Source: Arcobacteraceae bacterium (lineage in GTDB: Bacteria > Campylobacterota > Campylobacteria > Campylobacterales > Arcobacteraceae). From it: 64,000 bases of DNA. Below are positions 17,053-27,978 of the stretch, in pieces. The stretch covers positions 32,001 to 96,000 of the forward strand of contig CBDCZH010000007.1 in the NCBI GenBank assembly GCA_965224485.1. Direction: 5' to 3'. The position numbers were made by a program, and so were the translations under genes. Positions within the stretch are counted from its first letter, which is position 1. Every line of letters starts with the position of its first letter. The notes beneath the pieces are model-generated. The model did no database searches, was not told the DNA's origin, and saw only the letters and a program-made list of their open reading frames with translations.

Positions 17053-20038
17053 TTTTGCGTAAGTAAGCTAGCGTCGTTGCAATAATATCATCATCATCTC
17101 TACTTGGACTTTTTATATTCTCTTTGCTATCATCACTTTTTGTAAAACTTATATTCATTTCATAAGAGCTTATAGTTTTAATTTGTTTTTGCATAGCAAG
17201 TATTTTTATTAAAATAAGTTCTAAGAACTGTTTTGTTGGTAAGTCTGGTTTACCAAATCTATCTTCCATCTCTTCTTCTATTAAATACACAGCTTCTTTA
17301 TCACTAGCTTTTGATAATCGTCTGTATAATTCTAATCGAACCCTATCTTCTACTATATAATCACTTGAAATAAAAGCAGAAATTGCTAGTTTTATATCTA
17401 CACTTTTATTTTTTTCTTTTTGCTCTCCTGCTAATGAGGCTAAAGCATCTTCTAACATTTTAAGATATAAACCATATCCAATTTGTTTGATATGTCCACT
17501 TTGGGCTTCACCTATTATATTTCCCCCACCTCTGATTTCTAAATCTTGATGGGCTAGGGCTGTTCCACTTCCTAAATATGAGTTTGCTTCTAAGGCTAAT
17601 AACCTTTTAATCGCATCAGGTGTTATAGTTTTTTTATCTTCAACAATGTAATAACAAAAACCTTCTTTATTACTTCTTCCTACTCTTCCTCTTAATTGAT
17701 GTAAATCTGCTATTCCAAATCTATCTGCACCATCTATTATAATTGAGTTTGAATTTGGTAAGTGAAGACCTGATTCAACTATAGACGTTGCTAGTAAAAT
17801 ATCAAACTTATTTTCTTCAAAATCATTTAAAATTCTCTCAGCTTCAATAGGTTTAACTTTTGAGTGTATTATTTCTATTTTAATATTTGGAATGATTTCT
17901 TTTAAGTCTTGTTTTTTTGCATCTATTGAAGCTATATTATTATGAACATAAAAAAGCTGTCCACCTCTTCTTTTCTCTCTTAAAACAATCTCTTTTATTA
18001 ACTTATCATTGTATTCTTTAACATAAGTTCTCACACCTAATCGCTCACTTGGAGCTGTTAAAAGAGAACTCATTCCTTTTAATTTTGATAAGGCTAAATT
18101 TAGTGTTCTTGGAATTGGAGTTGCACTCATAGAAAAAATATGTACATCTTCTCGTAAGTTCTTTAACTTCTCTTTTTGTTTTACTCCAAACTTATGCTCT
18201 TCATCTATAATAACTAAAGCTAAGTTTTTAGTACTAATTCCTAAGAGTGAATGAGTTCCTATAACTATATCAATAGAACCTGTGTCTAAACCATTTTTGA
18301 TAATAGCTTTATCTTTACTTGATGTTTTACCATCTAGTTTGGCAACACTTATATTAAAAGGAGCAAATCTTTCTTTAATTCCAGCATAATGCTGTGAGGC
18401 TAAAAGAGAAGTAGGACAAATGAAAACAGCTTGATAACCATCTAAGGCAACGGCTAACATAGCATTCATGGCTACTTCTGTTTTACCAAAACCAACATCT
18501 CCACTTAAAAGTCTATCCATTACTTTTCCAGAACTAATATCGCAAAAAATCTCTTTAACCGACCTACTTTGATCTTTTGTATATTCAAAACCAGAACTAC
18601 TTTCAAAATTAAATAACTCTTTTTTTTCTGTATTTATTTTAATTCCAGCTATTAACTCCCTAGCAGCTGCTAGTTTTATAATATCATTAGCAATTGCAAA
18701 AAGTTTTTCTTTTACTTTTTCTTTAAGTTTTGCAAAACTTCCTTTTCCTAATTTATCTAACGAAGCATAAGAAGAACCATCAGCTACATACCTATCAATA
18801 GTATCAATATTCTCAACAGGAATTAAAAGCCTATCTTCTCCTGCATAAGTAAGTATTACAAAATCTCTTTTAGAACCCATTACAACAACAGGTTCAATTC
18901 CTTTATACTGTCCTATTCCATGTTTTTCATGTACTACAAAATCATTTTGTAATAATTCATCAAGTACAAGTTTAACTCTTTTTTTTCTTCTTTTTTTAAT
19001 CTCTTTATTAAGTGAGATTATTACTTCATTATTGCTTAGTACATTTAGGATATAAGGCTCTAAAACATAAGAAATATTTTTATTATTTAAATCTAAATCG
19101 TGAGCTTTTATCTTAGCTTCACTATTTGAAATAATAGTAATTTTTTTATCTTTATGGAAACTAAGGTATTCACTTATATTTGCAACATTTATTTCTTTAT
19201 ACTCTTTTGATGTATAAACCTGGGGTGTTAATAAAAACTTATCTTTATTTAATCTTTTTTCTTCAAAAACATAAGCTTCATCTAACTCGAAAAGAGATTC
19301 TTGTGTTATAAAAGATTTAAGTCTATTAGGTAAATATTCTCCTAAATCATTTAAATACCAAAAACCTAAAGAGTGGATATCTTTTATAAAAGCATCATTG
19401 TTTACTGTTTGAATTTGTTCATTTATCTCTTCTAGAGATTCTTCATCTAAGGCTAAAAAAGCTGGGGTTATTTTTATAGTTTCAAGCTCTTCTTTTAAAG
19501 ATTTTTGGTCTTCAATATCAAACTCTCTAATAGATTCAACCTCCTCATCAAATAAAGAGATTCTAAAGCCCTTTTGAGTGTCTAAAAGACAAATATCAAT
19601 AATATCTCCTCTTATAGATATTTCTCCCTCAGAGGTTACTATATCAACAAAATAATAACCCCAATTGTAGAGTTTTGCTTTAAGCTCTTTTATATTTAAA
19701 GTATCTGCAAAATTTATATCAAAACTATCAAAACATTTTTCTTTAGGCATTGCATAAGAAATAGTTCGTATAGGTGCTATTAAAATTTTATTTTGTTTTT
19801 TATATGAATAATACTCATTTAAAACTTTTGTAATATCTTGAAGCTCTTGAGAAAAAGATAATAAATCATCTCCATAATTAGCTCTAAAATCAGCCAAAAC
19901 AAAAGCTTCTAAACCTAAAAACTTAATAATATCAGAAGCAGTTTGAGCTTGTTTATCATCATTTACAATTAAAAGTTCACACTCTTTTAACTTCTTTTCA
20001 TTCTTTAAGTTTTTAAAAAATGAGTAAATATTATTCAC
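17045..20038 (-). CDS. mfd: Transcription-repair coupling factor
   Basis: HGIGQY CarD-like domain, GDVGFGKT, DEEH, SATPIPR, QLRGRVGR, TRCF C-terminus. Confidence 0.96.
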   Translation of the reverse strand: MNNIYSFFKNLKNEKKLKECELLIVNDDKQAQTASDIIKFLGLEAFVLADFRANYGDDLLSFSQELQDITKVLNEYYSYKKQNKILIAPIRTISYAMPKEKCFDSFDINFADTLNIKELKAKLYNWGYYFVDIVTSEGEISIRGDIIDICLLDTQKGFRISLFDEEVESIREFDIEDQKSLKEELETIKITPAFLALDEESLEEINEQIQTVNNDAFIKDIHSLGFWYLNDLGEYLPNRLKSFITQESLFELDEAYVFEEKRLNKDKFLLTPQVYTSKEYKEINVANISEYLSFHKDKKITIISNSEAKIKAHDLDLNNKNISYVLEPYILNVLSNNEVIISLNKEIKKRRKKRVKLVLDELLQNDFVVHEKHGIGQYKGIEPVVVMGSKRDFVILTYAGEDRLLIPVENIDTIDRYVADGSSYASLDKLGKGSFAKLKEKVKEKLFAIANDIIKLAAARELIAGIKINTEKKELFNFESSSGFEYTKDQSRSVKEIFCDISSGKVMDRLLSGDVGFGKTEVAMNAMLAVALDGYQAVFICPTSLLASQHYAGIKERFAPFNISVAKLDGKTSSKDKAIIKNGLDTGSIDIVIGTHSLLGISTKNLALVIIDEEHKFGVKQKEKLKNLREDVHIFSMSATPIPRTLNLALSKLKGMSSLLTAPSERLGVRTYVKEYNDKLIKEIVLREKRRGGQLFYVHNNIASIDAKKQDLKEIIPNIKIEIIHSKVKPIEAERILNDFEENKFDILLATSIVESGLHLPNSNSIIIDGADRFGIADLHQLRGRVGRSNKEGFCYYIVEDKKTITPDAIKRLLALEANSYLGSGTALAHQDLEIRGGGNIIGEAQSGHIKQIGYGLYLKMLEDALASLAGEQKEKNKSVDIKLAISAFISSDYIVEDRVRLELYRRLSKASDKEAVYLIEEEMEDRFGKPDLPTKQFLELILIKILAMQKQIKTISSYEMNISFTKSDDSKENIKSPSRDDDDIIATTLAYLRKKK

Positions 20039-20349
20039 TATTTTTCTTCTTTTATAAATTCAAAATCTCTTGTATCTTTATCATAATAATAAGCAGGATA
20101 AGCTGTTTCATTTAATAAGAACACCATAGAGGCTTCTTCAAAAGTAATTTTCTGTAAAGCTTTTCTAAAAACTTCCAAAATATATGCTTTTGTTGAGAAG
20201 GTACTTGTACTACTTTTTGCAGTATAAACAAAATTCTCATTTTCTTCTATTATAAAACCTTCTTTTTTAATATGTTTTTCAAAAATTTCTTGGTTTTGTA
20301 AACTTGTAATATCTAAAATAACTAAAACTTCCAATTCTTGGGTTTCCAC
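20038..20349 (-). CDS. Hypothetical protein
   Basis: 103-aa ORF coupled to both neighbours; GTG start. Confidence 0.7.
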   Translation of the reverse strand: METQELEVLVILDITSLQNQEIFEKHIKKEGFIIEENENFVYTAKSSTSTFSTKAYILEVFRKALQKITFEEASMVFLLNETAYPAYYYDKDTRDFEFIKEEK

Positions 20350-21063
20350 TTATACTCCTAAGGCTAAAGAAGAAAGTAAACCAATAAGTCCACCAAAAAT
20401 CCCACCCCAAACAACTAACCATCCAAGATGTTCTTTTATCATCTTAACTATTATTTGTTTTACCATTTTAGGTGTTAATTCATCTAATCTTTTATTTACT
20501 ATATTTGATACTTTTTCATAAATATCATCACTTATATCACTTGAACCCAAAGATTCGTGTAAGGCATTTACAAAAGACTCATTTTTAGAAATCTCAATAA
20601 TAGAACTTTTAAGTTTTATTATAAAAGGTTCTTTTAAAGGATCTAAAGCAGCTTCCCCTCCAAACATTCCTAGCATTGAACCAAAAGATGATTCAACTAC
20701 TACTTGTTTTAATGAGTCAAAAGCAGGTTCGAAGTTTGTATTTACTAAAACTTTTTCTAAATCAAAAGAAGATTTTTTATCTTCTATTTCATCTTGAAAA
20801 AAAGCTCTTAAATTATCTTTTGTAAAAAACTCATTCATAATCAAAGAATAAATAGCAGTTTTAAACTCTTTAAATCTATGTTCTATTACTCCTGAACCAT
20901 ATAAAAAAGGTACTTTTTCAAATAACATATGAATAGCTAGGGTATTTGTAATAGCTCCACTTAAGGCAAATAACCCTGTACTTAAAATTATATTGTTTTG
21001 TAAAAAATACCCAAGAGCTATTATTAAAACTGTTAGTATATTAGTAAAAAGCGATTTATTCAT
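20350..21063 (-). CDS. DUF445-family membrane protein
   Basis: GAITNTLAIHMLFEKVP.LYGSGVI, HLGWLVVWGG. Confidence 0.85.
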   Translation of the reverse strand: MNKSLFTNILTVLIIALGYFLQNNIILSTGLFALSGAITNTLAIHMLFEKVPFLYGSGVIEHRFKEFKTAIYSLIMNEFFTKDNLRAFFQDEIEDKKSSFDLEKVLVNTNFEPAFDSLKQVVVESSFGSMLGMFGGEAALDPLKEPFIIKLKSSIIEISKNESFVNALHESLGSSDISDDIYEKVSNIVNKRLDELTPKMVKQIIVKMIKEHLGWLVVWGGIFGGLIGLLSSLALGV

Positions 21064-21197
21064 TCCTATCCTTTATTAAACGCGATTTTATCCAAAAAAA
21101 ACAAAAAATCTAATTTGTTTAAAATCAATAAATCATTTGTAACTTAGCTGTAATTATATTTTATTAGTATTTACACATTAATTTATAAGGATTATTT

Positions 21198-22907
21198 ATG
21201 ATCAACATAGAAAAAGAGATTAGAAAAAAATTCCCAAATATTAAAAAGAAGAATAACTTTTTAAATAAAAACATTATAAAACTTGCAAAAAAAATAGTTC
21301 ACGAAGATTCTATAAATGATTTTTTAGAAATAAATTCACATTTAAATGGTTTTGAATTCGTTGATGCTGTTTTAGATTATTTTAACTTTGATTATACAGT
21401 TTCCTCAAATGATATACAAAATATTCCAAGTTCAGGGAAGGTTGTAATTATTGCTAACCATCCTTTAGGAGGATTAGATGCTTTATGCTTGTTAAAACTA
21501 ATTAAAACAGTTAGAGCTGATGTTAAAATAATTGCAAATGATTTTTTAAATGATATTACTGCTCTTGATTCTATTCTTTTACCCATAAATAATTTTAAAG
21601 CAAAACAAAATAAATCAAACATAAAAAGAATTTATGAATCTTTAGCTAAAGAAGAAGCTCTTATTATCTTTCCAGCTGGTGAAGTTAGTAGGATAAGTGC
21701 AAAAGGAGTTAAGGATTCTACTTGGAGTAAGGGTTTTTTGAATTTTGCTAAGCATAATAATGCTCCTATTTTACCTATTTTTATTGATGCTAAAAACTCA
21801 AAAGTTTTTTATACTCTATCTATTCTAAATAAAACGTTTTCATCTTTATTGCTCTCAAATGAAATGTTTAAAAAACAATCTAAAAATATAAATATTAAAA
21901 TAGGAAAAATAATAGCAAATGAAAATATTATTCCAAAAGGATTAGATAAAGAATATCTAGTTAATTTATACAAAAAGCACTTATATTCTTTAAAAAAAGG
22001 TACTAAATCATATTTTATAAATCAAAACTCAATTGCACATCCTGAAAAAAAAGAAGAACTAATAAAAGAGCTTAAAGAGGCAGAAGAAATAGGAGAAACA
22101 AATGATGGAAAAAAAATCTATTTATACTCTTATAAAAAAGATTCAGTTATTTTAAAAGAATTAGGAAGATTAAGAGAAATATCTTTTAGAAAAGTAGGAG
22201 AAGGTTCTAATAAAAAAAGAGATACAGATAAGTATGATATATATTATGAGCATATAATTTTATGGGATAAGGAAGATTTAGAAATTGTGGGTTCTTATAG
22301 AATAGGAAATGGCAAATATATAAATGAAAATTTTGGAGTAAGTGGTTTTTATTCAAATACTTTGTTTACTTTTAATAATGAAATAGTTCCTTATTTAAAT
22401 GATTCAATTGAACTAGGTAGAAGTTTTATTCAACCAAAGTATTGGGGTACACGAGCTTTAGATTATTTATGGTATGGAATTGGAGCTTATTTAAAAACAA
22501 GACCAAATATTAAATATATGTTTGGAGCTCTTACCTTATCTAATAGTTTTTCTAATATTTCGAAAGACATGCTAATATATTATTATTCTCATTATTTTAC
22601 TGATTCTATGAACTTTGTATCTCCTAAGCTTCCTTATACTTATGCAAGTAATATTTCATTTTTAAAAGATTTATATATATTAAATGATAGAAAAAAAGAT
22701 TTCAGAACATTAAAATCTACTTTAAATAACCTAGGACTAAGTATTCCTACTTTATATAAACAATATACTAACTTATGCCAAGATAAAGGAATTAACTTTT
22801 ATGGGTTTAATATAGATGAGAGTTTTTCAAACTGTATTGATGGTTTTATATTTGTTGAAGTTGCAAAAATAAAAGAAGAGCAAAGAAAAAGATATATAAA
22901 GAATTAA
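21198..22907 (+). CDS. Acyltransferase-GNAT fusion (OlsF-like)
   Basis: NHPLGGLD (HxxxxD), FPAGEVS; C-terminal ELGRLRE..FR, ELGRSF. Confidence 0.82.
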   Translation: MINIEKEIRKKFPNIKKKNNFLNKNIIKLAKKIVHEDSINDFLEINSHLNGFEFVDAVLDYFNFDYTVSSNDIQNIPSSGKVVIIANHPLGGLDALCLLKLIKTVRADVKIIANDFLNDITALDSILLPINNFKAKQNKSNIKRIYESLAKEEALIIFPAGEVSRISAKGVKDSTWSKGFLNFAKHNNAPILPIFIDAKNSKVFYTLSILNKTFSSLLLSNEMFKKQSKNINIKIGKIIANENIIPKGLDKEYLVNLYKKHLYSLKKGTKSYFINQNSIAHPEKKEELIKELKEAEEIGETNDGKKIYLYSYKKDSVILKELGRLREISFRKVGEGSNKKRDTDKYDIYYEHIILWDKEDLEIVGSYRIGNGKYINENFGVSGFYSNTLFTFNNEIVPYLNDSIELGRSFIQPKYWGTRALDYLWYGIGAYLKTRPNIKYMFGALTLSNSFSNISKDMLIYYYSHYFTDSMNFVSPKLPYTYASNISFLKDLYILNDRKKDFRTLKSTLNNLGLSIPTLYKQYTNLCQDKGINFYGFNIDESFSNCIDGFIFVEVAKIKEEQRKRYIKN

Positions 22908-22910
22908 TCT

Positions 22911-24527
22911 TTATATATCTAATTTACAAAAATTTGTTTCTTGTACTAAAGCTTTTGCCATAACTTCATCTTCTACAATTATATGCTCTAAATGTAAAGA
23001 TTGTAAGTCTAGTTTTTCACTTAATCTTGTAACTTTTACAACTGTTTTTGTATTATGAGTTAAATCATCAATAACTTCACAAATAAGATGTAGTTTTTCA
23101 GCATTATCAATTGCAACAATAACAGCACAAGAGTTTTTAATATTAACAGATTCTAATATATGCTTATGACTAGCATTTCCAAAAATTATAGGCTCACCTT
23201 TTTTAATTCCAAGCTCATAAAACTTTAAATTATGCTCAATTATAAAATATTCTTGACCATTTTGCTTTAAATTCTTTGCAATTTCTTGACCCAAGTGACC
23301 ATATCCTAAGAGTACGATATGACCTTTAGTATCTTTTGGTATAAGTTTTGAAGCACTTACATCCATAATATCTTCTGGTATTAACTTTCCTGCAAGAGAA
23401 GATAGATTTTTTAAAGCAATAGGTGTTAGTATCATAGAAATTACAATTGTAACTATTAATATTTGAGAATAAGAAGAGTTTATTAAAGAGTTACTTCTAG
23501 CAAGTTCTAAAATTGCAAGTGAAAATTCACCAATTTGCACTAAAGAAACAGCAGTTTTAAAAGCTACTCTTTTTGTATCATCAATTCTTACTATAAAATA
23601 AATAATAATATATTTTATAGCTAGTAAAATAGGTAGAAGTGCTAAAATTGTAAATATATGATCTTTTATTAAATAAAAATCAATTTGCATTCCAACAGTT
23701 ATAAAAAATAGCCCCAATAATAAATTTCTAAAAGGTGTTAAATCTGCCTCAACTTGATGCTTAAATTTTGTTTCAGAAATCATCATTCCTGCTACAAAAG
23801 CACCTAAAGAATATGTAAAACCAAAATAGTGAGCTAAAAAAGAAGAGCCTATTGCTATTAGTAAAACAGAAGCTACAAAAAGTTCATCTGATTTTGATCT
23901 TGTAACATGTTCAAAAAATGGCTCCAAAAGATACTTCCCTGAAAAATATAATAAAACCAATAAAACAATAGCTGCCCCTGTAGTTTCAGCTATCATAAAT
24001 AAAACAGAATTTTCATCGCCCATAGTAAAGAATGAAATCATTAACAAAATAGGAATAACTGCTATATCTTGCATAATAAGAATTCCTAAAACTCGCTGAC
24101 CATGTCTTTTTTTAATCTCATTATTCTCATTATATGTTTTTAAAACAATTGCTGTTGAAGATAAAGATAAAGCAGCACCTATAATCAATGATAATTGAAA
24201 ATCAAAATTTAAAACATATCTACAAATTAGAAATACAAAAACTGTTGTTACAATTATTTGCAAAGAACCTGTAAAAAATACTTCTTTTTTCATCTTTTTT
24301 AAGTGCTCTATTGAAAACTCTAAACCAATAGTAAACATCAAAAAAACAACTCCAAATTCTGCTATTTCTTTTAAATCATGGTTATTAACAGCAGAGTGCA
24401 AATCAAAAGTATAAGCAATAATAGTTCCAGTTACGATATACCCTATAATAGTAGGTAAGTGAAACTTTCTTAAAATCAAATTTACAATAATTGCAATAAA
24501 TAGTGTCGAAACAATAATTCCTAACAT
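22911..24527 (-). CDS. KefB/KefC-like CPA2 antiporter with TrkA-N domain
   Basis: AEFGVVFLMFTIGLE, LSSTAIV, QDIA, GEFS, GYGHLG. Confidence 0.9.
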   Translation of the reverse strand: MLGIIVSTLFIAIIVNLILRKFHLPTIIGYIVTGTIIAYTFDLHSAVNNHDLKEIAEFGVVFLMFTIGLEFSIEHLKKMKKEVFFTGSLQIIVTTVFVFLICRYVLNFDFQLSLIIGAALSLSSTAIVLKTYNENNEIKKRHGQRVLGILIMQDIAVIPILLMISFFTMGDENSVLFMIAETTGAAIVLLVLLYFSGKYLLEPFFEHVTRSKSDELFVASVLLIAIGSSFLAHYFGFTYSLGAFVAGMMISETKFKHQVEADLTPFRNLLLGLFFITVGMQIDFYLIKDHIFTILALLPILLAIKYIIIYFIVRIDDTKRVAFKTAVSLVQIGEFSLAILELARSNSLINSSYSQILIVTIVISMILTPIALKNLSSLAGKLIPEDIMDVSASKLIPKDTKGHIVLLGYGHLGQEIAKNLKQNGQEYFIIEHNLKFYELGIKKGEPIIFGNASHKHILESVNIKNSCAVIVAIDNAEKLHLICEVIDDLTHNTKTVVKVTRLSEKLDLQSLHLEHIIVEDEVMAKALVQETNFCKLDI

Positions 24528-24558
24528 TCTTGGCCTTTTTTATATTTTATGAATTCTT

Positions 24559-26709
24559 TTATCTTGCACTATAGTGCATTTCTTTATAACCTTCTAGTCT
24601 TTTTTTGTAACTAGAGTATAACATAGGGTTTTTTGAATCTAATAAATCTATAGCTAAACATTTTTGACCATTTCTACCAATTCTACCAAGGTACTGAACT
24701 AAACGTCCATAATAAGAAATTGGGCTTGCAAAAATTATAGTATTTAGATGAGGAAAATCTATACCTTCGCCAAAAAAAGAGCTAGTAGCTAAAACTAAAG
24801 AGCTATCTTTTACCTTAGCCATATTTATTTTTTGATCTTTTTTACTTAAACTTCCGTGTATACTTAAAAATTCTATTTCTTCTTCATTTAACAAAAATTC
24901 TAAGTTAGTAATATGCTCAATTCTATCTGTTAAAACTAATATTTTTCTACTTTTATACTCTTTTATCTCTTTTATTATTAATTTGTTTCTCGTTTCATCT
25001 TTACTTAATTCATTTACGAGTGCAGCATAAGTATTTTCTTGTGAAGTAAAAGTTGTATTAAGAAGTTTTAATTTATGAGTAAGTGTTCTTTTTTTCTTAT
25101 ATTCATATGATATATGCCCTAGTTGCTGATATAAAATCTCTTCTAAACCATCTTTTCTCTTAGGAGTTGCACTTAAACCTAAGATATATTTCCCTCCAAA
25201 AGATTTAATAATTTGCTCAAAACTTAGAGCTGGAATATGATGACACTCATCAACTATTACAAAAGAATAGTTTTTTATAATGTCCATATTATTTTTTAAA
25301 CTCTGCATAGTAGCAATATCTAGTTTACCATTTAAGGTATTTTTGCTCTTGCCTAAAAATCCAATATCTTTTTTATCTAGTTCAAAATAGTTCTTAAATC
25401 TATCAATCCATTGGTCTAAGAGCATATTTTTATTTACAAGAACTAAAGATGAACAAGCTCTTAATTCAATCATTTTTGAAGCTATTAGAGTTTTTCCATA
25501 ACCAGGAGGAGCAACACAAATTGAGAAATTACTTTTGCTTATTTCTTTAATAGCATCATTTTGTTCATCTTTTAAAGTATATACAATAGAAGGAAACTTC
25601 TCTTTTTTAAAATATTGTTTACTTTTTATTGAATATGAAACATAATTTTTTAAAAATAAATCTTCTAACTTATATAACAAACCTCTTGGAAGTTTTAAAT
25701 AGTTTTCATCTTCTTCATAAGATTTAATATATTTAGGTATATTAAAAATTGGTTTTCTTAAAGCTTGAAGGGTTTTTATTTGAGGATTAGCAAAAGTTGC
25801 TAAATCTTTTAAAGCATTTAATAAAGATTTTGATAAATCTTTTGTACTTATGTATAAAGTATCATATAAAATAATAGATATTTTAAAATCTGGAAAAATA
25901 ATTTGTTTTAAAATCTTTTCATTAAAAATCTCTTCATTTAAAATACTGTCATTAAAACTTTTCTCATCGTTTTGATTTTTTAGTATCTCTTTTATTCTCT
26001 TTACAGGAATTTTTTCTATATTACTTAAATATGTCCATTGATTAGAGATAGCTTTTAACTCAGCCGTAAGAAAAACTGTTTTATTCTCTTTTCTAAAATT
26101 TAGATGTAAAGGAAGTTCAATATAAGCACCTAAATTTGAAGCATTTACAAAATCTTGATTAGGATATATTTTTGCTGATATATTAGCTTCTTTTATAAGT
26201 TTAAGCCCTAAAGCTTTTGAATTTCTAGCTAAAATTTCTTCTTCATAAAAAAACCATAAAAATAGATCATCTTTTGAATTTTTTTCAAAATATCCATCTA
26301 AAGAATAAGAAGAAAATACTTTTTTAATGGTATTTATATCTTTTTTTAATATTTGTAAGACTAAAAATTTTGATTTATTCTCTTTTGAGATTGAAAATGT
26401 AGCTAATTGAGATAAACCTCTTAAATGCTCTTCTATATATGAGTTTGAAATAGGAATATAATCTGCTTGTTTAAAAGTATGAGAAACACAAGAAAAACCT
26501 TCTTTTTGCCCATTTGAACTTGTCCATTTTTTTAAAAAGATATCATCACGCGCAATAAATAAACTTTTGAATAAGTTTATTTTTTCCTCTTTTGTGAAAC
26601 TCTTGTTTTCAACTAGTAAATTTTGTAATGAAAATATTTCATCATCTATTAGTTTCTTTTCTAAGAAGAGACTAGAGAGTCTCTTCTTTATTTCTACTTG
26701 GTTTTTCAT
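24559..26709 (-). CDS. SF2 DEAD/DEAH-type helicase with N-terminal degenerate primase-like domain
   Basis: APPGYGKT, DECHH, SATPKRKDG, EGIDFP, QYLGR; N-terminal EKINLFKSLF, HLRG, PNQD, IELPL. Confidence 0.8.
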   Translation of the reverse strand: MKNQVEIKKRLSSLFLEKKLIDDEIFSLQNLLVENKSFTKEEKINLFKSLFIARDDIFLKKWTSSNGQKEGFSCVSHTFKQADYIPISNSYIEEHLRGLSQLATFSISKENKSKFLVLQILKKDINTIKKVFSSYSLDGYFEKNSKDDLFLWFFYEEEILARNSKALGLKLIKEANISAKIYPNQDFVNASNLGAYIELPLHLNFRKENKTVFLTAELKAISNQWTYLSNIEKIPVKRIKEILKNQNDEKSFNDSILNEEIFNEKILKQIIFPDFKISIILYDTLYISTKDLSKSLLNALKDLATFANPQIKTLQALRKPIFNIPKYIKSYEEDENYLKLPRGLLYKLEDLFLKNYVSYSIKSKQYFKKEKFPSIVYTLKDEQNDAIKEISKSNFSICVAPPGYGKTLIASKMIELRACSSLVLVNKNMLLDQWIDRFKNYFELDKKDIGFLGKSKNTLNGKLDIATMQSLKNNMDIIKNYSFVIVDECHHIPALSFEQIIKSFGGKYILGLSATPKRKDGLEEILYQQLGHISYEYKKKRTLTHKLKLLNTTFTSQENTYAALVNELSKDETRNKLIIKEIKEYKSRKILVLTDRIEHITNLEFLLNEEEIEFLSIHGSLSKKDQKINMAKVKDSSLVLATSSFFGEGIDFPHLNTIIFASPISYYGRLVQYLGRIGRNGQKCLAIDLLDSKNPMLYSSYKKRLEGYKEMHYSAR

Positions 26710-27130
26710 GTATTATTTGTTGATTCATAACAATATTGCCGATTTTATTCTCAATTTCATCATATCTACTTTTCATTTGAGAATCTTTTCGTACTCCTCT
26801 TCCTTCAAACTTACCATCTTCTTCAATAGTTAAATCATTGTAAGAAATATCACCAATAACTCTTCCTGTTGATAAGATTTGAATTACATTACAGTCAATT
26901 TTTCCATCAAAAATACCACTTACAACTAAATGATTTGTTTTAACATCACCAACAACTTCACCTGTTTTTCCAATAGAAATCTCATCTGCTTCTAAAATAA
27001 CACCTTCAAATTTACCATCAATTATAACAGTTCCTTCTGTAGAAATACCACCAATAATAGTTGTACCTTTTGCTATAATTGTTGCTCCAGCCTGTGTTGT
27101 TCTTTGATTAGCTTTACTAAAGACTCCCAC
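26672..27130 (-). CDS. Bactofilin (CcmA-like)
   Basis: TIIAKGT.I.G, IDGKFEG beta-helix repeats; follows an M23 peptidase. Confidence 0.9.
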   Translation of the reverse strand: MGVFSKANQRTTQAGATIIAKGTTIIGGISTEGTVIIDGKFEGVILEADEISIGKTGEVVGDVKTNHLVVSGIFDGKIDCNVIQILSTGRVIGDISYNDLTIEEDGKFEGRGVRKDSQMKSRYDEIENKIGNIVMNQQIIHEKPSRNKEETL

Positions 27131-27978
27131 TGAACTCTCCTTTGTTTATTAAATATTGTTTCATATGTTTTTAAATTCCAATTTATATAATCTCTAGGGT
27201 TTAAAACCTTTGAGGCGTATCTTACTTCATAATGTAAATGAGGACCAGTACTACGACCTGAATTTCCACTCAAACCTATTAATTGATTACGTTTAATAAC
27301 ATCACCAATCTTAACTTTTGTTTTAGACAAATGTGCATACACACTTTCAAAACCAAAATTATGAGATATAATTATAACTCTACCGAAATCACCCTTATTA
27401 TATGGTTGAACGAAACGAACAACACCATCAGCTGTTGCATAAACTGATGTTTTTAATCTTGCTCTTAAATCCAAACCTCTATGAAACTTTTTTCTTTTTG
27501 TAACAGGATGAACTCTATATCCAAAAGAAGATTTTACTAAAGTTTCTTCAAGAGGTGAGCCATTTGGAATAGTATTTAACATATACATTTTTTGAGCTGA
27601 TGTTATTTGTGCTAAAATTGCTCTATTTATTGCACCTTTCTCATCATTTTTCTTAATTCCTATAATTTCTTCAATATTATCAAGTTTTGAACTTAACTCT
27701 TCAATATCTTTTACTTTACCCTTAATTTGCATAGAATAAAATAGATTTTGAGCTTGAAGCTTTTTTTCTTTTTCAATTAATAAATTCATTTCAATTTTTT
27801 TATCAGCTCGTAAATCATCCATCTCTTGGGATAAAAAATTTATAAACCAAAAAGAACCAGCTAATACCAAAATAGAGATAAATATTATTATTATAATACT
27901 TTTTTTAACTACTTGATGAATATTATAAGACTTAGTACTATTTACATCAGATACTGTTATTATCAATCTATTTTTCAT
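27073..27978 (-). CDS. M23 peptidoglycan endopeptidase (Csd1-like)
   Basis: HRGLD, YAHL, STGPHLHYE. Confidence 0.92.
   Translation of the reverse strand: MKNRLIITVSDVNSTKSYNIHQVVKKSIIIIIFISILVLAGSFWFINFLSQEMDDLRADKKIEMNLLIEKEKKLQAQNLFYSMQIKGKVKDIEELSSKLDNIEEIIGIKKNDEKGAINRAILAQITSAQKMYMLNTIPNGSPLEETLVKSSFGYRVHPVTKRKKFHRGLDLRARLKTSVYATADGVVRFVQPYNKGDFGRVIIISHNFGFESVYAHLSKTKVKIGDVIKRNQLIGLSGNSGRSTGPHLHYEVRYASKVLNPRDYINWNLKTYETIFNKQRRVQWESLVKLIKEQHRLEQQL

Noticed and set aside
17045..20038. Mfd shorter than the E. coli protein
   Set aside because: About 1000 aa is normal for Campylobacterota and all motifs are present
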